DNA of 62,892 nt, counting the filler, from Parasitella parasitica NRRL 2501 (taxonomy: Eukaryota; Fungi; Mucoromycota), in NCBI GenBank assembly GCA_025201805.1. It is 13 parts of 12 records of this genome, joined end to end, with 100 filler letters (N's around TTAATTAATTAA, not from the genome) between each part and the next. Parts side by side here need not be neighbours in the genome. Positions count along the whole stretch, not along the records: positions 52,524 to 54,379 come from MU619506.1; positions 54,480 to 55,760 come from MU619306.1; positions 55,861 to 58,014 come from MU619491.1; positions 58,115 to 60,226 come from MU619580.1; positions 60,327 to 61,526 come from MU619310.1; positions 61,627 to 62,892 come from MU619413.1; 7 more parts are not named here. The stretch is one strand, 5' to 3'. The notes beneath the pieces are model-generated. The model did not search any database, was not told the origin of the DNA, and saw only the letters and a list, made by a program, of their open reading frames with translations. The translations under genes and the position numbers were made by a program. Positions 52,617 to 62,892 of this stretch are shown in pieces. The number at the start of each line of letters is the position of its first letter. Position 1 is the first letter of the stretch.

Positions 52617-53031
52617 ATTCTGACTTTGTCCATCCTAAGAATTGGCCGTCTTACTCTGAGTCCGAGTCTGGTTTTAGTTGGCATCATTCTAACATTCGTG
52701 ATAGAACTCTTATATTCCTACCTTCAGAATTCATGATTGATTATTTGCGTTCTTATTATATAACGTATTTCGATAATGTGTTCACATTTGATAAACGTTC
52801 CAGTTTAGAAGATTTCTTTCTTCTTGTGTCCAACCTTGACAAATTGAGAGGCAGGCAAGTTGTGATTCTAGCAACCGATCTTTTGTCTACTGGTGTCACC
52901 CTGCCCATCGATTCTGTCATAGATTCTGGTGTCACCTCTGAGTTCACTTATGGAGACAATTTAGTCACCCGAGTCGAACGTCATTGCAATTCTAGCGAAT
53001 CTACCCAACGGTTAGGTCGTGTCGGTAGAAT
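52617..53031 (+). other. RNA-virus-like SF2 helicase C-terminal fragment (candidate endogenous viral element)
   Basis: Open, intron-less frame with motif IV RTLIFLPS, motif V ILATDLLSTGVTLPIDSVIDSG and motif VI STQRLGRVGR. Confidence 0.7.
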
Positions 53032-54379
53032 CACCATGGCGAAATTTTGGGATAAATTTTAAATAGTAGAGATAAAATTTAGCTTTACAGCTTGAGTGAT
53101 CGCCAGTGTTAAAATTAAGCTGGTGAAAATCATTTTTTATCGCTAAGCAAAGAATATTTTGACTTTTCTTTACAAACACCCTGAATTTTGATTATTTTTT
53201 GAAAGATTTCCCAAAAAAATTGCTTCCATAATCTGAAAAAATGGCTGGCAGCGTTTACACAAACACCAACGCTAAGATTTTATCGCTTTCAATAAATTAA
53301 CATGATTTATCTGTATTAAAGCTGTCCCTAATATAGCACTAGCTTTAGGTTGCATTACTCTGCTTATAGTTATTATAAATAAAGCTTGATTATTTTCTTT
53401 TTTGAAATGTATACTTTTTTATAAAAACATGACATCTCCCTCACAAATGACAACAACTGACTGCGCTTTGAAGGATAATGTCAAGAATCCAAAAGTGAAG
53501 GCTGAGAACAGTTCAGCAAACAATGCCTTGACATCAGCAAATGATGAGAACAATAAAAAGAGACTCGCAGTTGAAGTAGTTAACAGTCAAGACCATAAGA
53601 GGCCCAAAAAGAAAAGCTTGTCAAGAAAGGTTGATTGGGATTATGGGAGCGATAATCCTTTTCATATGAAAAAATATGTAATCGAAGATGGCGTTGAGGT
53701 GGTCCAAAAGGAGCCCTATACAATTATCAATTTTTTCGTGGCTAAACTTGATCATGAAAAGAAAGTAAACACTGCAGAAAATGACGAGACAAGAGAGAAA
53801 TGTCTTGAAGACATGCTAGATTTTCATTGGCAATTTGAATATTTCCGTGCTTCCTGCTCATACACCCGCCCTAAATCGTTGGTTGCTGCTGTTAAAAACA
53901 ACAGCAATAAATATAGCGTTTTTAAAAGATACGAATAAAACCCCTTTTTTCTTTTTGTAAACTCTATTTGAAATTTGAAGGACAATAAAGGTGTATATAA
54001 ATGAATCTACACGGAGCTAAAGGAGATCACTCAGCTTACCAGCATTAACTGACATGTCCTGGTCAAAAGCAGATATTCACTTACTGCGTGTGGCCAGAGT
54101 ATAGTAGAAGTCTGTTGATCTCAACTCCATCACCATTTATGAAAAGTGCATAGACTTTGCAACGAACAGGTGGAGCTTTGCCGGCTTGAACAACCAGAGT
54201 CTTTTTGCTAAGCAAAAATATCTCTTCGACAATTGGACTCAAAAAAGATTCAAAATCTGATTTCGACTTTCCTGGTAAGATAGCGACTTGGAAGGTGGTG
54301 GCATGTCTTGCATATCTAATTTTTGCACAAAAAGGTGAAACTGAAATTAATACACAGGTATAATATAGCGGTTGCAATG
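53032..54379. mobile_element. Probable CACTA-like element end (CACCATGGCG terminus), with accessory ORF 53402-53938 (+) and EnSpm-type transposase fragment 54081-54377 (-)
   Basis: AILPGKSKSDFESFLSPIVEE...KVYALFINGD...SGH resembles the Tnp2/EnSpm core. The terminus resembles CACTATGGCC. Confidence 0.55.
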
Positions 54380-54481
54380 NNNNNNNNNNNNNNNNNNNNN
54401 NNNNNNNNNNNNNNNNNNNNNNNTTAATTAATTAANNNNNNNNNNNNNNNNNNNNNNNNNNNNNNNNNNNNNNNNNNNNTA

Positions 54482-54961
54482 CAGTAGCCGCTCGATTTAA
54501 GGCTACTTTTTTTGCAAGCTTTTTTTAGCCTTATATCGAACATAGCCTTATATCGTGCATGTGACTATTACTCTTAAAACAGTCACAGGCATAGTTGATA
54601 CGGTACTACAGCTATTAGATTAATTTGACACATGTCCAATCAAATCCATTTACTTCTTTATTCTTAAAAAAGCATATTTTGACAAACAATTATACTATGA
54701 GCATTAATCAACAATCAAGAGAGCGTCTCACTATCGAGCAAAAGTACGAAATCTGTAGCATAATGCTCAGTTTCCAACACAACACAAATTTAAATACCGT
54801 CAATTTACTGTAAAATAAGGCTAAAATTTCGAAAATTTTCAGCCTTATATCGAATAAGGCTAATAAGGCTAACTCCCTGCTTAAAAAAAAAATTCACAAA
54901 AATTTTAGCCTTATATCGTGAATAGCCTTATATCGAACAGCCTTAAATCGAGCGGCTACTG
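54482..54961 (+). mobile_element. Non-autonomous pogo/Tigger-like element (480 bp)
   Basis: Perfect TIR CAGTAGCCGCTCGATTTAAGGCT with TA on both sides. Subterminal AGCCTTATATCG repeats and a CENP-B/psq HTH remnant (RERLTIEQKYEIC). Confidence 0.9.
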
Positions 54962-55968
54962 TACATGATTTATTATATGAGAAAAGCATTATCATTTGAT
55001 ACTACGCTTTCTTGTAGATTGTTCCTTTAAAAAAACAGACTGGAAATGTGTTAATAGTGTTAGTTTCAATTAGACACAAAGTTTTTATTACTTTTNNNNN
55101 NNNNNAAAAAAAATGTAAAGAAAAAGAAAACGAAATCGAAAAAAAGTTGAGCTATTTATATTTAAAATTAGACAGAAAATCTGTCTAATTGGCTGTTTGG
55201 CCACCTCTGCCTCTACCTCTGCTCCTTCTTGTACTACTGGCAAGGGAGGAGCCTCTTCTTTTTGCACCAGCCGCAGGAGAAGATGGGGCAGTACCATGAA
55301 CATCTATACCTACCTGTAGCTCCTCTTGCTGCGCAGGAACAATCTCATTTCCAGCGACAACTGAAAATGCAATTGCGTCCATCGAAATGTTTGAAGCATT
55401 GAAATTCAATTGTATCTACATTAAAAGACGAAGCGTCAGTAATTTTTATCCGTCAAGTCAAATAAGTATGTACTAACCTGTTGTGTGTCATCATTCTTTT
55501 TGCGGTTGCCATTGTTCTTGATAACAACTCCCAACAAATGATTTGTGATGGCAGATCCAACTACAAGATGCAAAGGAAAGCAACCATTTTCGCCCATCAC
55601 CCTGAACATATATTTGAAGCTGGATATTGATGGCTTCACTTGTTCTGCTTCCCAATTGAGTATGGTGATGATTCATGCCGTAGTTCTGAACCTGGATAGT
55701 GCTGAAAGGTACTGAGATATCATTGCAACCGCTATATTATACCTGTGTATTAATTTTAGTNNNNNNNNNNNNNNNNNNNNNNNNNNNNNNNNNNNNNNNN
55801 NNNNTTAATTAATTAANNNNNNNNNNNNNNNNNNNNNNNNNNNNNNNNNNNNNNNNNNNNTATTGGTTCGAAAATAAAAAATATAGAGATTGTTCGATGT
55901 TTGTTTTTTTGTTTTAAAAGAAATTGTTAGACGTTAAAACGTCTATTATTTTTTTTTTTTAAGAGTAT

Positions 55969-56053
55969 GACTGTTTTTTACGATTCATTTTTAAGCGCTG
56001 AGGACTGTTTTTTACGATTCAATTTTAAGCGCTGAGGACTGTTTTTTACGATT
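55969..56053. repeat. 34-bp tandem repeat, ~2.5 copies
   Basis: GACTGTTTTTTACGATTCA...TAAGCGCTGAG starting at 55969, 56003 and 56037. Confidence 0.85.
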
Positions 56054-56062
56054 TCTATCATT

Positions 56063-57760
56063 TTAATATAAGAGATGTGTCTCCAACATTCTTAAAACAA
56101 ATGACTTGCCAGTACCAGCTGCGCCCGAGACAAAGGCAACAGAATTGTGCCCCATTTCTCGTTTCACTTGTTTGTAAACACTTGTCTGATCTTCATTTGC
56201 AGACCTCAACATCAGTTGTATTTCTTGTCGTGTAATATCGTGTCCCCTGTCAAGATCAGATATATCATCGACGCTGGTTATATTCCTTACACCATGTGGC
56301 TCAATACCCCCTTGATCAACTGGAATCCTGATAAGATGCTCATAGTAATCCTTCCACGTCATGTATCTACCTTTATCATCCATAAAGGTAGTAGCAAAAA
56401 TAGCTCGCTTTGTAACAATCTGCTGGTAGTAGAAACTATCACCGCTCATTTTTTCTGATTGATTATACGTACGCCAAAATGATTCTTTAGTGTTTCGCAG
56501 AATAAATTCAAGATTACCGGACGCAACGTATTTAGGAAGAGTACCACCTTCGTAGAAAGGGACCCGAAGGAATTGATTACCATGTTCCTTAACGTATTTA
56601 CAACGCTTGATGAATTCTTTAGATCCAGTAGCTCTTACATAAAAACTGAAAAATTATGGCATTGTAATGTTTATGGCGTCTGTTCTAGCTTCGTACACTT
56701 CCACATGTGTTGCCGAGAACATGTTTTCGCTGTTTTCAGGCAACTCGTCAATATCATCACGAATTTTTCTTGAATCGAAGTTAATTAAGCCAGTGTTTAA
56801 AAATAAAGCGTTTCTTGAATTTTTATGTTTATGCCACCCCATAACATCGTACACAGCCTCCACAGCACCTACAATTCGCGTTTTATAATGAGTGGATTCA
56901 TCTACAGAGTTAGGCCTCTGATAGAAGCCTTGGCCTTTTGCATGAACATTTTTTACTGTAATTAATCCTTGCCTCGTGATCGTCTTTTGCCAGGTACTTT
57001 GCGAGATATCGAACTGCTTGTGGGCCGTTATTATATTGAATGTCCATGCTTGTACGAAATGTTGCTAGTAAGTATGGATTATAGTTATTTAGCCAGCCAT
57101 CGTTCCCTAGGCGTCTATAAGTGCAACTTTGGTTAGCATCCATATACGTAACTGGGGACATTGGCTTTGGAAAACCAAAGCGACATTTTCTGTTGGGATC
57201 TCCTCGTTTACAATAGCTACACAATTGGTTATTCAGCTAGAGCCCAAATATATTATTTTATACAAAAGACGTACTTATCATTGCATCTATGGATTTGCAA
57301 ATCTTCTATACAAGCTTGTGCATAAGGGGATCTTGATGTCTTTCAGTATTAGGAAACCAAGTGTGGACGACCTCCATTTCTATTAGCTCTTCTACAGTTC
57401 TCTCAGTTTATAAAACAAGATGCACGCGAGGGCTACCACGATCCTGAATTTCCATAACCCAGCTAAAGTCCATGACACTACCAATTTGGCTCAAAATGTA
57501 TGTAAAAAAAACTTTTGCCATTTTCTTTTCCAGTGAGCTGTAAAAAAAACTGGATCATCCCAAGGATGCTGACCATTGTCAAACAAATTATTAAAATCTT
57601 GGCTTCTATCATTGCAGGTGAAAATCATGGATAGCTGAGGTGCTCCGAGATTGTTAAAAATACATTGCAAATCCAAGAAATTTTTTTCGCTTGTAGGAAT
57701 AAGATGATCATATTTGAATAGGTACTGTTGAGACGACATTCTTTTTTATTTTGCCTGTAT
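56063..57760 (-). pseudogene. Degenerate RepHel of a second Helitron/Helentron-like family
   Basis: LGAPQLSMIFTCND, EIQDRGSPRVH (HUH mutated), CRFGFPKP, LNNYNP, YLAKYLAK, and helicase SGAAGTGKS. Confidence 0.85.
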
Positions 57761-57955
57761 GTTGTATTGTCAAACACATCTTTCTGGGTGAGTCTATGGG
57801 GTAAATGTACGTATTAATACGTAAATAATGGAGCAAAAAGCATTATACGTTCGTTGTAAAACAGCTCTACGTTTTGATGTAAGTCTTGGCATGCTCATTA
57901 TTTATGTTTAGATAAAGTGGGAAGATAAAGTATTTTTTAATTCTGTTTTCTGTTT

Positions 57956-58014
<59 letters not shown>

Positions 58015-58114
58015 NNNNNNNNNNNNNNNNNNNNNNNNNNNNNNNNNNNNNNNNNNNNTTAATTAATTAANNNNNNNNNNNNNNNNNNNNNNNNNNNNNN
58101 NNNNNNNNNNNNNN

Positions 58115-60226
58115 TTGACCTGATGAATGACCATCTCTAATCAACCCAACAAGTAGTATGATAGTTTACTACTAAGCCAGAACGGCTGATTAGAATTCAT
58201 AACACAACATATAAAGAATAATGGAACGGTTAAGAAATAACGAAACAATTGTCTGCTAGTAAGACGACACTCAAATAATATAAATAGAGATATAAAATAA
58301 CAGCTTATTGCACATTCAATCTACTTTCAAAATAAAGAAGGATTTTAATCGTATCTTGCTTTTTTACACTTTTTTTACTGCGTTTCGCTGCATTTTTTAC
58401 GATTAAACTCAAGTCATTGTTTTCTACTTATCATGTCTGTATCTGCTGGTAGCTCCCCACTCTCATCCCCAGAGCCTGATGAAAACTTGTTGTTGCAAGA
58501 AAGTCAAGAGGAAGACAACGAAGTGTCGAGCTTACCTCACACCACCCAAAGATTAAAGGACATGAACCTCAAAGAAGTTATTAATGAAGAAAAAGCGGAA
58601 GTCGGTCTGTCTGAAGCTACTTCACCCCCACCATCGTTGACCAATGTACTAAAACAAGTTCTGGCAAAAAAAGAAAATGCTCAAACAGCATACTTGTTGG
58701 CTTTGAACAGTGCGAATGTTGATGACGGTGAAGCTGATAGGTTACGAGATGTCGTGTCTAACCTAGAGAAACATATCAAGACTCTATCAAATGGCTTAAA
58801 ATCTGCTTCTATTGCTGCTGCTGCTGTTACAAAGGCATCTGCCAATCTGAACAATGGTTTGAAGATCTCAAAAAGAGACCTACCAAAATTCCAGCTCGAG
58901 GATAACAAGACCAAACCATTTCCTGTCGAAGATGCGTACAAATCTGTTGATCATTTTCTTTCAGAATTCGAGAAAATTGTCTTCTCGTCTGGTCAAGATA
59001 TTGAAACTGTATGGAGAAAATACATCCCTCTTACGCTTTCCTATGAACTTGATGACTGGATGAAGACCGTTGTTCTGAAGGCAGAAAACTGGGAAGGTGT
59101 AAAGTCTGTTTTTAGTAAGAAGTTTGGAACTGTCGTATCAAGGATCCATAAAAGGCGTGCCGTAATGAACATGGAGATTGGATTCGACGAGACCGTAGAT
59201 GAATATTCAAATCGTTTTTTCCGCACAGTTGGTGAAGCAGGCTATCATCGGGATGACCTGACCATTGGCGATATATTCCTCCTCTCCTTGCCTGAAGAAT
59301 GGCAATTGAACATCTGCACTGTCTTACTATCAAATACTAAACGACAAGCCTGGACGACAGGTGAAATTCACAATGCGGCTATTGATCTCCTTGGGGAAAA
59401 AACCCCCCAATCTTGGTTTGCTTCGAAAGGAGAATCTTCAAAAAGAAAGTTTGCTCCTGAGAAAAGAATCGCCATGTCGTCAAGTACTTCCCTTACATCA
59501 AACAACATACCTACATTACCGAAGGCTCGGATGCTGGGCGACAAGAACCTGCCAAATAAAGCATCTTCAAATCCTTGCCGTTTTTGTGGTAGACAATGGA
59601 AACACGGTCATACGTGTGAAGAGTACCGCGCTGCCAAGAAACAGAAAGTTTCGTCTAGTGTCAACGTGTTGACTGTTTCTGCTTCTAATAATAAAGAAGA
59701 AAATGAAGCCCAAATGCTGAACCAAGCAATCAATGAAGTATTCGAAGATGATACTTATCCTTGTAAGTCAAAAAAGACACAAGATAAAAACAAAAACAAA
59801 AATAATATGAAACTAATCACCCCTCTTCTATTAAATAATAGAAGAATTATCGGAAAGGTCGACCCGGGCTCTGATATTAGCATCATAAATAAATCCATAC
59901 TAAATAAAGAATTTTCAAACATTCAAACATCAAAAACAACTGGATATCTAAACTTTTTATCTGTAAATGATGATAATAAAAATAGTACTGTAAAACGAAT
60001 TGGTCAAACGGAGCCAATGAAAGTTACATATACTAATAATATCAAATTCGATCATGTATTTGAAGTCATTGAATTTAATGACGAATTGTCCACTGAATTT
60101 GATGTGCTTCTTGGAGTTGATATTTTACCAAAAATGAATATCTACCTTCAAGGAGTAGCATTCAAGTTCCCTGACTCTGAAAGAAACAACGAGTTAAAGC
60201 AATTCCAAGATATAAATCATGATAAA
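58115..60226 (+). mobile_element. Ty3/gypsy element: 5' LTR (to 58392) and gag-pro ORF from 58433, truncated by gap
   Basis: Gag shares KRDLPKFQL...SVDHFL with the 3750 ORF. CRFC..HTC knuckle, protease VDPGS and VLLGVDILP. Confidence 0.9.
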
Positions 60227-60436
60227 NNNNNNNNNNNNNNNNNNNNNNNNNNNNNNNNNNNNNNNNNNNNTTAATTAATTAANNNNNNNNNNNNNNNNNN
60301 NNNNNNNNNNNNNNNNNNNNNNNNNNGCCTTACAATTAGAATTTCCTAACGGGGCGACCGTCCTCTCCAAGATTTCCACCAAAACATTTCGTCAGGCGTG
60401 TTCTGATACTTTTGTACCTACCTGTGTATCATCAAT

Positions 60437-62892
60437 TTTTTTTTTGTATGAAAGTGTATCTTTATTAAAAGTTTATTATGAAACTATAGATTAGGTAAAG
60501 GCAAGGTCAAGGTGCCAGCTTGAACACTTGCCAAAGACGAAAGAGAAGAAAGTAGTAAGCCATGATCCTGACGAACCATGTTTAAACATGCCGAAGCAAT
60601 CCAGGGCTCCGTGTCTATGACACATCGCCAATGATATTTCCAAAGTGTACTGTACTACGCAGTACCAAGAGCCACCAGAACCTCTTCATCGAGCATTGAC
60701 AAATCTTGAGAGCAGAAACTAGTCAGAGCTTGCCAGATGGACATGGTATTGGGGAGGAGATCCTGCAGGGACAGCAAGGATACAACATCTCGCCAATACC
60801 GGGCTTTGAGTGGACAGCCAACAACAAAATGGAACAGGTCTTCTGGAACAAGACCACACAAAGCACAAAGAGGAGAAGGAACTTTAGCTGGAGCTACACG
60901 ATGGCACCAAGATCGGTGAGCCACGCGATCATGTAACAATCGCCACCAAGGTGTGAACGCCTTGGCAGGCAGATCCAGGGACCAAAAAAGACGCCAAGAG
61001 GGAGGAGATAGTCGCAAATGGACAGGCAGACAAAGTGGAGGACCCATACGAGAGGTAATGATATCTTTTGCAGGATGCCAATACCTTCGCAGGGCGTTCA
61101 AAGACAAGCGAGCCACAGGGACAGAAGAACGAGAGGAATTAGAAATTGTCCAGTGGGAGCAATCTGGCATCCACGAAGAAGCACCATCAGAACGGGGCAT
61201 AGTATGATAGTCTGCATGACACAAGACTATCTTACTATCCATGACAGGCGGGAAAACCAGAGAGACAAGACCAAGATCTTTGTTAATATCCAAATATACA
61301 CGACGGACTTTTGTTGGCCACGTCAGATGCCGAGTAACGCCCTCGACAATACCAAGCTCAGGCTGCCAAAAGCAAATATCAGACACCAAGTAGCGAGGAT
61401 CCAACGTAGCAGGATCAACCATCGAAGGAACTGATGACACAGTACTGAGTACATAACACAGTGGAAAATCAAGAAACCACCTAGCAGACCAACCAGAGGA
61501 AGGAACTAGCTTGGGTAGTTTTATCANNNNNNNNNNNNNNNNNNNNNNNNNNNNNNNNNNNNNNNNNNNNTTAATTAATTAANNNNNNNNNNNNNNNNNN
61601 NNNNNNNNNNNNNNNNNNNNNNNNNNGAAAACCGAACTTTAGCAAGACCTTTTGCAGGTAGTCTAAATTAACGCGATCATATGCCTTTTCTTGGTCAAGA
61701 AGAAGGCCAATATCGGAATCGAGCTGTCTAAAGTAAGGATCAGTACCCGTTTGTTCGGCTATAGTCCATTTTCGCTGAGCATCCTCCATGAGAAGCTGAC
61801 AGATCATGCCATTTTCCGCTATGAAACGCCCAGGTATAAAGCCTAATTGATGTCGACTAATGAGTTGAGATGCAACTTCCATGATACGGTGACACAGAAT
61901 ACGAGTGAATAACTTGTAGTCAGTGTTGGCCAACGACAAAGGTCGAAAATTCTTCATATCCGCCGGATCACCTTTTTTATAGAGAAGACACATAACAGAC
62001 TCGTTCCAGGAATTTGGAAATTTACTCCTCTGAAGAGCGTCCTTATAAACCCGGGAGATCAAGTCTTGGTACGGGGGAAATTGCATTACTAGATATAAAA
62101 TCTCATAAGGCAAGCCATCAGGGCCAGGACTACTTCGTCTGGGAGTGCGTTTGCTTTCTGCCAAAACATCTGCTACTGTTATTACCTCCAACAGATCATC
62201 CTGCTGTTCCGATGTAACCTTCAAGTGTGGGGGAATACTACGGATCAATTGACTTAGAGCAATAGGATCTGTTGGCGTTGGAGTGAAGAGGCTAGTATAA
62301 AAGCCAGTTGCAATCCGTGAAGTATTTGCAAGATCACTGTATAGTTCGCCTGACACCGGATCTCGCAGTTCGGTAATGGTGCGCCGATTTTGTCGGGATA
62401 TAGCCGTTCGCTTCAAGAAGCCGGCAGATTTCTCTCCATTTTCTCGCCAGATCTTACCAGACTTTAATATTTCGATCTCTGCTATTGAATGTTGTAAAGC
62501 TTGAATTTGCGAATTAAGAAAATCCAATCCTTGAAATACCAATCCTCGATGTTTCTTATGTCGGAGAGCTTTATTCCTTTTGGCCTGTAGTTTATGAAGC
62601 TGCTTCTGTCTCCAATTATTATCCTCTCGCTGAAAGGTTTTAACAAAAAGTTTAACTTCACCCTTTATCCAGTCCCATTGTTGCTGTGGGTTGGAAAATG
62701 ACTGAATCGTAGAGAAATGTGTCATGTTAGTCTCAAGGTGTAAGGCCAAAGCTTGGCGAAATCTCTTGCTTCTTGCTAAAAAGGGGTTAGCCTTCCAAAC
62801 TCCCGAGCCACGGCCGTTGGTAACTTGATAGTTGAGCGTAAAACCCAGCAATTCATGATCTGTCCAGTCTGGTGACATGTATTGTTGAGCTA
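60437..62892 (-). mobile_element. L1/Tx1-like LINE ORF2 (endonuclease end, RT, zf-RVT) with 3' poly(A)
   Basis: TDH..., WKANP, SSPGPDGLPYE, FRPLSLANTDYK, QLGFIPGR, LDQEKAYDRV, CALC..EDLFHFVVGC. AATAAA and A9 tail at ~60437-60465. Premature stop at 60655. Confidence 0.92.

Noticed and set aside
55088-55760. Spliced minus-strand gene fragment with an RGRGRGG tail
   Set aside because: Truncated by a gap and not assignable; probably transposon accessory sequence.
55969-56053. 34-bp repeats as a CRISPR-like or guide array; they also contain TTTTTTACGATT like the gypsy PBS
   Set aside because: Head-to-tail tandem duplication with no unique spacers. The AT-rich 12-mer match is plausibly chance.
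58280-58330. Tf1-type self-priming by the transcript 5' end
   Set aside because: No sequence between the TATA box and AATAAA is complementary to the T6-ACGATT PBS. The complement lies at the predicted poly(A) site instead.

Overview
Eukaryotic, intron-containing, AT-rich DNA, most consistent with a Mucorales fungus (short GT-AG introns, Mucorales-type repeat families). The window is a scaffold of many contigs joined by artificial N-linkers containing TTAATTAATTAA, so adjacency across linkers is not guaranteed. A gene-rich core (~8.3-37.8 kb) encodes XPF/Rad1, importin-alpha, FMC1, a DDHD phospholipase A1, NF-YA/Hap2, a hypothetical protein, a single-pass receptor-like pseudokinase, ZPR1 and SMC1, plus a decayed Fanzor (TnpB-like) gene. 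Both flanks (1-8.2 kb, 37.9-62.9 kb) are nested transposon graveyards: CACTA/EnSpm, Helitron, Mutator-like, Tc1 and pogo elements, Ty3/gypsy elements, many TSD-flanked solo LTRs, and an L1/Tx1-like LINE. Main highlights: (1) Two related Ty3/gypsy elements have no tRNA primer-binding site. Each instead carries T6 plus a co-varying sequence complementary to its own predicted polyadenylated 3' end, a candidate self-priming mechanism using the poly(A) end. (2) An RNA-virus-like SF2 helicase fragment (candidate endogenous viral element). (3) A shared terminal repeat that points to a Mutator/Helitron hybrid element. (4) A Fanzor relic. (5) A fungal receptor-like pseudokinase.
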